A program made the translations under genes and the position numbers. 64,000 nt of DNA from Alphaproteobacteria bacterium (GTDB lineage: Bacteria > Pseudomonadota > Alphaproteobacteria > UBA9219), in contig WREW01000001.1 in NCBI GenBank assembly GCA_009779135.1, forward strand, positions 784 to 64,783, in the 5' to 3' direction. The notes beneath the pieces were generated by a model. That model was given only the letters and a program-made list of their open reading frames with translations. It was not told the origin of the DNA and did not search any database. This document shows, piece by piece, positions 1 through 7,708 of the stretch; positions within the stretch are counted from its first letter, which is position 1, and the number at the start of each line of letters is the position of its first letter.

Positions 1-1860
1 GCCGCCGGACGCTCGCCTGTCGTCCCCGTCGGCGCAATCATGCTGTTGGTCGCCGCCGACATATCAAACACGGAGCCCGTCGTTATGCTTGTCGAACCCA
101 GCGCCGCCGCTGAACCAAAAATATTCCCGCTTGTCCGGCTGTCGCCCGTAACATAAAGCCCTGTCCCTGTCACCCGCAAACGCTCAGTCCCCGCGATAGA
201 CACCTGCACCTGCGAGGCCGCATCCGAATACAACCCTGTCGTCACATCATCCGCGCGGCTCAAATAAGTCTGCGTTGCGCTCGTCCCCAAATAGAACTCC
301 GCATCATTCGGACTTAGCGTATCCCAGTTCGGCGGTGATCCCTGATACACCTCAAGCCGGTTAAGTGTCGTATTATAGCGCAGCATGCCTTCAACAGGCG
401 CCGCCGGACGCTGCCCTGTCGTACCAAGCGGCGCAATCATGCTGTTGGTCGCCGCCGACATATCAAATACGGAGCCTACAGTTACGCTTGTCGAACCCAA
501 AGCAGCATTCGAGGCAAACATGCTTCCCGTTGCCTGACTATTGCCTATAATATACGCCCCCGTAGCGCTCACCCGCAGCCGCTCCGTCCCCGCAATCGCC
601 ACCTGCACCTGCGAGGCCGCATCAGAGTACAAACCCGTCGTCTCATCATCTTCACGACTTAAATAAGTCTGTGTCGCGCTTGTCCCAAGATAAAACTCCG
701 CGTCATTCGGGCTTAGCGTATCCCATTCCGGCGGATCCCCTTGATAAACCTCGAGCCGGTTAAGAGTCGTATTATACCGCAGCATACCCTCAACAGGCGC
801 CGCAGGCCTCTCGCCCGTCGTCCCTGTCGGCGCAATCATGCTGTTGGTCGCCGCCGACATATCAAACACAGAACCCGCTGTCACACTTGTCGAACCCAGA
901 GCCGCCGCCGAACCAAAAATATTCCCCGTAACGTAAGCGCCTGTCCCCGTCACGCGCAGCCGCTCGGTTCCCGCAATCGCCACCTGCACCCGTTCCGCCG
1001 CGTCCGAGTACAAACCTGTCGTTTCATCATCCTGACGGCTCAGATAAGTTTGCGTCGCGCTTGTGCCGAGATAAAACTCCGCATCATTCGGGCTTAGCGT
1101 ATCCCATTCCGGCGGAAATCCTTGATACACTTCAAGTCTATTGAGTGTTGTGTTATACCGCAGCATACCCGCAACAGGCGCCGCAGGCCTCTCACCCGTC
1201 GTCCCTGTCGGCGCAATCATGGAGTTTGTCGCCGCAGACATATCAAATACAGAGCCAACCGTTATGCTTGTCGAGCCCAAAGCTGCCGCCGCGCCGAAGA
1301 TATTCCCGCCGACATACGCACCAGCCCCCGTCACCCGCAGCCGCTCCGTCCCCGCAATCGCCACCTGCACCTGCGAGGCCGCATCTGAATAAAGGCCCGT
1401 TGTTACATCATCTTCACGGCTCAAATAAGTCTGTGTCGCGCTTGTGCCAAGATAAAATGTTGCGTCATTCGGGCTTAGAGTCTCCCAGCTCGGCGGGAAT
1501 CCTTGATAGGCTTCAAGCCGGTTAAGTGTCGTATTATAGCGCAGCATGCCTTCAACAGGCGCCGCAGGGCGCTGCCCTGTTGTACCAAGCGGCGCAATCA
1601 TGCTGTTGGTCGCCGCCGACATATCAAATACGGAACCGGTCGTTATGCTTGTCGAGCCCAAAGCCGCCGCTGCGCCAAAGATACTGCCGCTTGTCAGGCT
1701 GTCACCATCAACATAAAGGCCGTCTGCGCTCACCCGCAGCCGCTCAACACCAGCGGAAGCAACACTCACCTGTCCCGAGGCGGCAGAGAACAAACCTGTC
1801 GTAGATTCACCCTTGCGGTACGGATTAGGCACGGTCGCGCTTTCGCCTAAGAAAACATTG
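1..1860 (-). repeat. Coding tandem repeat, about 5 units of 381-399 bp (127-133 aa)
   Basis: The anchor GGCGCAATCATG recurs with its final T at 41, 440, 839, 1220 and 1601 (spacings 399, 399, 381, 381). Confidence 0.9.
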
Positions 1861-3971
1861 GCATCAATATCGCCGATAAAGCTGCCGTCAAATGTTCCTG
1901 TGAAATAGCCGGAAAAACCGCCTGCCGCCGTGACGCCGCCCTCAAAAGCGGCATTGCCTGTGGCACGGTCAATAATCAAAGCCGTATGGGCGCTGCCATC
2001 ATCAAGGTAGCGCGTAAGTCTGTAATTCGATCCGGTATCGCTGCCGCCTTCCGGCGTTTCATCCGCGCCCGCAGCCCAGCGCATCTGATCCGTCCCCGTT
2101 GCATATTGCAAATCACGATAAGTCGCGGCAGGCCCCGAAATGCGCAGAGACCCGTCATGAACCTGCAATTTTGCCCCGGGCGTGGCTGTCCCGATTCCGA
2201 CATCACCGGCCTTGTTGATAATCATGCGCAAAAGGCTGGCCGTATAGAATAAGAGACCGCCATCAGGGTCGTTTGATGTTCCGATGGCCTGCCCTTCACC
2301 ATCCGAGATAAAATCAGGCGGATTCGCGCTCCCGCCCGTCACAAGGCCTGTGGTATCAACATCGACACTGTAATAACGTCCGGCTGTTACAATGTTCTGA
2401 AGTTTTTGCGGCGCAATCGAACGGTCGGCAATGCGACCCATATTAAGATAGGACGAACCGCCCGTATCGCCGGAGAACAAAGTATTCAAAGCGCCTGTTT
2501 CCGTATCCGCGCCCGTTCCGCCCTTGACCACAGGAACAATGCCGATAATGTTGCCGGCTTTAACGCTTCCGGCTTCACCTGTGATGTTTACATCAATCGT
2601 GCCGTCACCGGTCAGGCCCAGAAGACTCCATGCCGTCGTTTGATCGCTTGCGAGGAAAAGCTGCTCACCCAAAGCACCGGCGCCAAGGTCCTGACGAACC
2701 GTAGGCGCATCATTGGCGTAAAAAACATTGCGCCCGAACGAACCCGCGCCCAGAGAATTAAGCGCGCTGTCCGTATCCGTAGATGTGAAAACGCCCTTCC
2801 CGATATTACCGGCCCCCAGAGCGCCCAAAGCCTCATCCGTCGAACCGGCGACAAAAACTGAATCACCGATCGAACCGGAACCCAAAGTCTGCCTTCCATC
2901 AGAAGCGGTCGGCGCTGTAAATAACGCTTTACCCACAGCGCTTGCGCCCAAAGCATCCTGCGCGGTGTCGGTCGTGTTCGAAAAGAAAACATTTTTCCCG
3001 ACAGAGCCCGCGCCCAAAGCATCCACAGCCTGACTTGTCGAACCTGATGTAAAGACGGCATCACCGACAGAGCCTGCGCCCAGATTAACGCGCGCGCCGA
3101 CGCTGTTGCTCGCACCCGTGCCGCCGCTTCCAACGCCAAGCGGAGTAGAAAGATTTATGTTACCAAATGACGCTATGCCGGAAACATTGATGCCTTGCGC
3201 TGAAATCGTGCCGTCATCGCCGATCAAAACTTTAGAGCCTGTCTGGCCATATTCGATAAAAGTACCCTGATCCTGCCAGATCGCAGCCCGTTGAATAGCC
3301 GCGCCGACCGACAAGGATTGCATCTGATCGTCACCGCGCGCCGTTTCATCATTACAGCTTGTTTCAAGCCGTCCGTTGGCGCCGGCGGTAATAATACGGA
3401 AAGCGGGCGAATCCGGCGCAGCGCGTGCATTCTCCCAGCGACAATATATATAAAACCGTCCCCACGGATCTAAAACCTTCATGCTGGCCGCAGCTACAAA
3501 AACACCGGCTTCAAACGCATCGCTGCCGCTCAACGCCAGACCGTAATCAACGGGAAGCCGCGCGATATCATCCTCCGTCACGGATTCAAAAGATTGAAGT
3601 TTGATAGGTGCCGCTTCACAATCTTCACTTCGCTCAGCACTTCCGGGAGGGCAGAAAGTCCTTTGATCCTGACTTAAAACAGAAGTGGCCGCCAGCGTCG
3701 TCATGCTGGCCGCCATATCGGTTTTAGCCATGCTGGTGTTGGAAACATTAATGCCGCTGCGTAAAACCTGGCTGTAGCCACTGAATAAAACACCGGCGAC
3801 AACACCGGCCAAAACCAAAAGATACAAAACCGGAGCAACAGCAAAACCGGCTTGTTTATTGTTTATTTCACCCGAAAAAACGCGCGCGGAAATACAAGAG
3901 TTTTTACGATGTTCTTTTTCAAAACACCAAACTCTTGTCTTGCGACAGAAAAGTTTTAAGAGGTCATGCAT
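1..3971 (-). CDS. Giant putative fibre adhesin with prepilin/pseudopilin-like N-terminus, at least 1323 aa, 3' end beyond the window (absent from ORF track)
   Basis: Manual translation from ATG at 3971 (RBS GAGGGAG) stays in frame to position 3. Contains KQAG|FAVAPVLYLLVLAGVVAGVLF, LDPWGRFYIY, IITAGANGRLET, PLGVGSGGTGA..ARVNLG, GDVGIGTATPGAKLQV and tandem PxGTTGxRPAAPVxGMLRYNTTLNRLExYQG units. Confidence 0.85.
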   Translation of the reverse strand, partial: MHDLLKLFCRKTRVWCFEKEHRKNSCISARVFSGEINNKQAGFAVAPVLYLLVLAGVVAGVLFSGYSQVLRSGINVSNTSMAKTDMAASMTTLAATSVLSQDQRTFCPPGSAERSEDCEAAPIKLQSFESVTEDDIARLPVDYGLALSGSDAFEAGVFVAAASMKVLDPWGRFYIYCRWENARAAPDSPAFRIITAGANGRLETSCNDETARGDDQMQSLSVGAAIQRAAIWQDQGTFIEYGQTGSKVLIGDDGTISAQGINVSGIASFGNINLSTPLGVGSGGTGASNSVGARVNLGAGSVGDAVFTSGSTSQAVDALGAGSVGKNVFFSNTTDTAQDALGASAVGKALFTAPTASDGRQTLGSGSIGDSVFVAGSTDEALGALGAGNIGKGVFTSTDTDSALNSLGAGSFGRNVFYANDAPTVRQDLGAGALGEQLFLASDQTTAWSLLGLTGDGTIDVNITGEAGSVKAGNIIGIVPVVKGGTGADTETGALNTLFSGDTGGSSYLNMGRIADRSIAPQKLQNIVTAGRYYSVDVDTTGLVTGGSANPPDFISDGEGQAIGTSNDPDGGLLFYTASLLRMIINKAGDVGIGTATPGAKLQVHDGSLRISGPAATYRDLQYATGTDQMRWAAGADETPEGGSDTGSNYRLTRYLDDGSAHTALIIDRATGNAAFEGGVTAAGGFSGYFTGTFDGSFIGDIDANVFLGESATVPNPYRKGESTTGLFSAASGQVSVASAGVERLRVSADGLYVDGDSLTSGSIFGAAAALGSTSITTGSVFDMSAATNSMIAPLGTTGQRPAAPVEGMLRYNTTLNRLEAYQGFPPSWETLSPNDATFYLGTSATQTYLSREDDVTTGLYSDAASQVQVAIAGTERLRVTGAGAYVGGNIFGAAAALGSTSITVGSVFDMSAATNSMIAPTGTTGERPAAPVAGMLRYNTTLNRLEVYQGFPPEWDTLSPNDAEFYLGTSATQTYLSRQDDETTGLYSDAAERVQVAIAGTERLRVTGTGAYVTGNIFGSAAALGSTSVTAGSVFDMSAATNSMIAPTGTTGERPAAPVEGMLRYNTTLNRLEVYQGDPPEWDTLSPNDAEFYLGTSATQTYLSREDDETTGLYSDAASQVQVAIAGTERLRVSATGAYIIGNSQATGSMFASNAALGSTSVTVGSVFDMSAATNSMIAPLGTTGQRPAAPVEGMLRYNTTLNRLEVYQGSPPNWDTLSPNDAEFYLGTSATQTYLSRADDVTTGLYSDAASQVQVSIAGTERLRVTGTGLYVTGDSRTSGNIFGSAAALGSTSITTGSVFDMSAATNSMIAPTGTTGERPA
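2622..3083 (-). repeat. Seven 22-aa (66-bp) coding repeats, consensus LGAGSxGxxxF
   Basis: Units include LGAGSVGDAVFTSGSTSQAVDA, LGAGSVGKNVFFSNTTDTAQDA, LGASAVGKALFTAPTASDGRQT and LGAGALGEQLFLASDQTTAWSL; 462 bp = 7 x 66. Confidence 0.85.
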
Positions 3972-4088
3972 GTCTCCCTCTTAAACTTCCTGCATGTTCC
4001 ATGCGAGGCACGCTCATCGAAAAAAACCCTCGCGTCTTTTTTTTCAGACGGAAATCAAACGACACGCGGAAATAGTGCGAGGGAAATC

Positions 4089-4104
4089 GTTAACATTTAG
4101 TTCA
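4089..4104 (-). promoter_or_regulatory. Possible CtrA box upstream of the giant fibre gene
   Basis: Minus strand reads TGAA-CTAAATG-TTAAC, one mismatch from TTAA-N7-TTAAC, in an AT-rich spacer. Confidence 0.3.
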
Positions 4105-4129
4105 ATTTTATTGACGAAATATTTTGAAT

Positions 4130-5395
4130 CTACATTGTGTGTTCATCTTGCGGTGTAAATTGAATCGGTGCGGGATTAATAACAATGTTTTCCGGTTTGC
4201 TTATTTCCATCACAGCAAGCCCGCGTTCTATTGCACCGTTTTGCTGCAAACGAAACAGGCCGTCAACACCTGCAAAACCTGTCTGCATTGTCAAAGTTGA
4301 TTGCGTCAACGCAAGTCCGTGATGCGTCAAAACAGCCGCGAGCGCCGTCGCATCATAAGCCAATGTTGCAAGCCTGAGCGGTGCAGCACCGTAAGTTTCT
4401 TCAAACGCTTTTAAAAATGCTGCACGCGAAGAAAGCTCCGCCGCAGGAAACCATGCACCTGAAAGTGCTGGCATTTCCTGCACAATATGCGGTTCATCCC
4501 AAAGGCCTGTGCCAAGAAGTTTCACGCGCTGAACGTCAAGACCCGCCTGCACAAGATTGGTCAGAATACTTTTTAATTGTGCACCTCCGACCGGAAGGAA
4601 TAGCGCATCAATCTCATCTTGCGCTGCAACAATCGGGCCTGTGTCACCGACCGGACGCTCGATGACAATCTGTCCGCCGAGATGCCTCACCGCGCGGCGG
4701 AATGTATCGGAAACAATCTGGCCGTAAGGCCCCATCGGCACAATCATCGCAAAACGTGTTTTGCCGCGCTCAAAAGCATAAGACACAATCCGTTCAACCT
4801 GTGGCGCCGGAGCAAAGCCCAAAACATAAATACCGGATTGAGCTAAGGAAACATCCGTTGAAAGCGCAAGCATGCTTACGCCTGCTTTTTGCGCAACCGG
4901 CTTTGCTGCGGACACTTCTGCTGCAAAAACAGGCCCGATCAAAAGCCGTGCGCCTGAAGCCAGAGCCTCACGCGCAGCCGCAGCCGCGCCTTGGGGCGTG
5001 CCTTGCGTATCACGCGGCAGCAATTCAAAATTATTGACGCCAATATCAAACACCGCCATTTGTGCAGCCTTGACCATCGCCTCGCCAAGCGGCGCGCTGT
5101 TGCCTGTTAAAGGCACAAGTAAAGCGACTTTGACATTTTGCGCCTTAGGCGGCAAGCTGGGCGTTGAAAGCTTAGGCCTTTGCCGCGTGTCCGCCTGCCA
5201 TTGAGGATATTGCGTGACATAAGCAATGCGTCTTTGTGCAGCATCGTCTCTGGCCTGCTCTGCCGTTGCAGACGGCGCTGGCCGCATGACAGGCGTCGTT
5301 AATCCGGATGCACGGTTGGACTCGCCACATCCCGCAACACAAACCAAAGCCAAAGCAAGAGCAAGATATGAAAAACATGGACGAGAAAAAGACAT
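4130..5395 (-). CDS. Penicillin-binding protein activator-like lipoprotein (LpoA/LppC, periplasmic binding protein fold)
   Basis: Lipobox VAGC, KVALLVPLTG, LIGPVFA, LAYDATALA and GFAGVDGLFR; divergent from rsmI as is usual. Start trimmed to MSFSRP. Confidence 0.8.
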   Translation of the reverse strand: MSFSRPCFSYLALALALVCVAGCGESNRASGLTTPVMRPAPSATAEQARDDAAQRRIAYVTQYPQWQADTRQRPKLSTPSLPPKAQNVKVALLVPLTGNSAPLGEAMVKAAQMAVFDIGVNNFELLPRDTQGTPQGAAAAAREALASGARLLIGPVFAAEVSAAKPVAQKAGVSMLALSTDVSLAQSGIYVLGFAPAPQVERIVSYAFERGKTRFAMIVPMGPYGQIVSDTFRRAVRHLGGQIVIERPVGDTGPIVAAQDEIDALFLPVGGAQLKSILTNLVQAGLDVQRVKLLGTGLWDEPHIVQEMPALSGAWFPAAELSSRAAFLKAFEETYGAAPLRLATLAYDATALAAVLTHHGLALTQSTLTMQTGFAGVDGLFRLQQNGAIERGLAVMEISKPENIVINPAPIQFTPQDEHTM

Positions 5396-5457
5396 CGCAA
5401 CAACCTCAAGGCAAGAGAGAAAAAGGACAGCCGGATTTTGCACAATGGGCGCACTCC

Positions 5458-6342
5458 ATGCTGCAGACTAACCTCTCGACCCGTACAAGTAAACAAACGA
5501 ACCTCGCCGGCACGCTAAGCATCGTGGCCACCCCCATCGGCAACAAGGGGGACATAAGCTTGCGCAGTCTTTGGGTTTTATCCTGCGTGGACGCCGTTTT
5601 GTGCGAAGACACGCGGGTGACGGGAGCTTTGCTGCGGGGCTACGGACTGCAAAAAAAGCTCATCTCCTGTCACGCGCATAATGAGGCAAGCCGCATCCCT
5701 CCCATCCTTGCGCGGCTTAAAGAAGGACAGGCCTTGGCCTATGTCAGCGACGCGGGAACCCCGCTTGTTTCAGACCCGGGCTTTCGTCTTGTGCAGGCCT
5801 GTCGGCAGGAAGGCATTCCGGTCTATCCCTGCCCGGGCGCAAATGCTGCGCTTGCCGCCCTGATGGCTGCGGGATTGCAAACGGATCATTTTTTCTTCTA
5901 TGGCTTTCTGCCCGCAAAAACTGTGGCGCGCGAAAAGGCCCTCAAAGACCTCGCGCCCATCAAAGCCACTCTTATTTTCTATGAAGCGCCGCAACGGGTT
6001 CTTGCGACACTCAAAGCCATGCGCAAAATCTTCGGCCCCACCCGCACGGCCGCCTGCGCGCGCGAGCTGACCAAGCTCTACGAAACTTTCCTCGCCGCCC
6101 CCCTCGATGACCTTGTGAAGCATTTCGAGCAAACCCCGCCCAAGGGCGAGTTCGTCCTTTTGGTGGAGGCCGACGAGGAAAAACCGGCCCAAGACGAGGC
6201 CTCTTTAGACCAGCATCTCAGCCAAGCCCTTGAAATTATGAGCCTTAGAGATGCCAGCGCCCTGTTGGCCCAAACCCTCAAATGCGGTAAAAAGGAAATC
6301 TACGCCCGCGCCCTGCGTCTAAAAAAGAAGCAAACCCCTTGA
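5458..6342 (+). CDS. rsmI: 16S rRNA C1402 2'-O-methyltransferase
   Basis: IVATPIGN, CEDTRVT, VSDAGTPLVSDPG, FYEAPQR and RELTKLYE motifs; start uncertain. Confidence 0.95.
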   Translation: MLQTNLSTRTSKQTNLAGTLSIVATPIGNKGDISLRSLWVLSCVDAVLCEDTRVTGALLRGYGLQKKLISCHAHNEASRIPPILARLKEGQALAYVSDAGTPLVSDPGFRLVQACRQEGIPVYPCPGANAALAALMAAGLQTDHFFFYGFLPAKTVAREKALKDLAPIKATLIFYEAPQRVLATLKAMRKIFGPTRTAACARELTKLYETFLAAPLDDLVKHFEQTPPKGEFVLLVEADEEKPAQDEASLDQHLSQALEIMSLRDASALLAQTLKCGKKEIYARALRLKKKQTP

Positions 6343-6486
6343 CAGAGAAAGATAAAAATGGCACTGACGCCTCATTCCTGAGAATGAGGGCAAGCCCTTA
6401 GGCCCCCCGTCTTGTACATATACATATGTGTAAGAACTATCAGGACAACCAAAGCGCTTTCAGCGCCATCATAAAAAGGACGACCT

Positions 6487-7101
6487 ATGACTAAACGTCT
6501 TGAATCTAAACACAAAATTGACCGACGCCTTGGTGTCAACCTCTGGGGACGGGCCAAAAGCCCGCTGAACCGGCGCGACTACCGCCCGGGCCAGCACGGC
6601 CAGAGGCGGGCCAAGCCTTCGGATTACGGCACACAGCTCCTGGCCAAGCAGCGCCTGCGCGGCTATTACGGCAATGTGGGCGAGCGCCAGTTCCACCGCT
6701 ATTACGAAGAAGCCATCCGCCGCAAAGGCGACAGCAGTGAAAACATGGTTCAGCTGCTCGAGCGCCGCCTTGACGCCGTGATCTATCGCATGAAGTTCGC
6801 CATCACGGTTTTTGCCGCGCGCCAGCTGGTCAATCACGGCCATGTGCTGGTCAACGGCAAGCGCGTGAATATCCCTTCCTATCAGGTGCGTGAAAATGAC
6901 GTTATCGAGCTGCGCGAACGCGCCAGAAAAATGACAGTGATTCTTCTGGCCGCCGAACTTGGCGAGCGCGATGTTCCCGACTATATGAATGTGGATCACA
7001 AAGCCATGAAAGGCACCTTCCTGCGCACACCCAAGCTTGAGGAAGTCCCCTATCCGGTTCAGATGGAACCCAATCTCGTGATCGAATATTACTCACGCTA
7101 A
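6487..7101 (+). CDS. rpsD: 30S ribosomal protein S4
   Basis: [38 protein letters not shown]. Confidence 0.98.
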   Translation: MTKRLESKHKIDRRLGVNLWGRAKSPLNRRDYRPGQHGQRRAKPSDYGTQLLAKQRLRGYYGNVGERQFHRYYEEAIRRKGDSSENMVQLLERRLDAVIYRMKFAITVFAARQLVNHGHVLVNGKRVNIPSYQVRENDVIELRERARKMTVILLAAELGERDVPDYMNVDHKAMKGTFLRTPKLEEVPYPVQMEPNLVIEYYSR

Positions 7102-7116
7102 AGGAGTCTTACGTCT

Positions 7117-7539
7117 ATGGCGATCGAACATACTTTTTCTATCATCAAGCCGGACGCCACGCGGCGCAACCTGACCGGAAAAATCAACGCGATGTTTGAA
7201 GAGGCCGGTTTGCGTATTATCGCGCAAAAACGCGCCTTTTTGACGCGCACGCAGGCCGAAGGCTTTTACGCCGTGCACAAGGAGCGCCCCTTCTTCAATG
7301 ATCTCTGTACGTTTATGTCCTCAGGGCCGGTCGTGCTGCAAGTTCTTGAAGGCGAAAACGCCATCGCCCGCAACCGCGAGATCATGGGCGCCACCAACCC
7401 CGCGCAAGCGGCGGAAGGCACCATCCGCAAATACTTCGCCGAAAGCATCGAAGCCAACTCCGTCCACGGCTCCGACGCCCCCGAAACCGCCGCGATGGAA
7501 ATCGCGTACTTTTTCAGCCAAGTGGAACTTGTAGGCTAG
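7117..7539 (+). CDS. ndk: Nucleoside diphosphate kinase
   Basis: [21 protein letters not shown]. Confidence 0.98.
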   Translation: MAIEHTFSIIKPDATRRNLTGKINAMFEEAGLRIIAQKRAFLTRTQAEGFYAVHKERPFFNDLCTFMSSGPVVLQVLEGENAIARNREIMGATNPAQAAEGTIRKYFAESIEANSVHGSDAPETAAMEIAYFFSQVELVG

Positions 7540-7554
7540 TAATTCGTGAAAAAC

Positions 7555-7658
7555 TGTCATTGCGAGGAGGGCCTTTAGGCCCGACGCGGCAATCTCTATA
7601 CCAACATCGCCGAGATTGCCACGTCAATCCGCCTGCGGCGGCTCTCCTCGCAATGACA
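7555..7658. repeat. Palindromic repeat family A (TGTCATTGCGAGG...CCTCGCAATGACA), full copy
   Basis: 13-bp terminal inverted repeats, inner GGCAATCTC/GAGATTGCC stem and side hairpins; lies between convergent ndk and icmO; homologous to 39718-39818. Confidence 0.9.
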
Positions 7659-7708
7659 TGTTTTTCTTGCCTAGCGGGCCCATCAATCCCGTTTTGGGCC
7701 GTAGTTTA

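Noticed and set aside
1-1860. Repeats as a CRISPR array or a diversity-generating retroelement template/variable pair
   Set aside because: Units are about 390 bp, in frame and without unique spacers; differences are not adenine-specific; no cas or reverse transcriptase gene was seen.
1-3500. Many short ORFs in the track (e.g. 741..1097, 1122..1388, 2612..3139)
   Set aside because: They are alternate-frame or antisense shadows of the giant minus-strand ORF, and their repetition mirrors its repeats.
6339-6486. Possible ncRNA in the rpsD leader (TTGACA, CTCATTC/GAATGAG hairpin)
   Set aside because: Plausibly an ordinary promoter and ribosomal-protein leader; no RNA family can be supported by eye.
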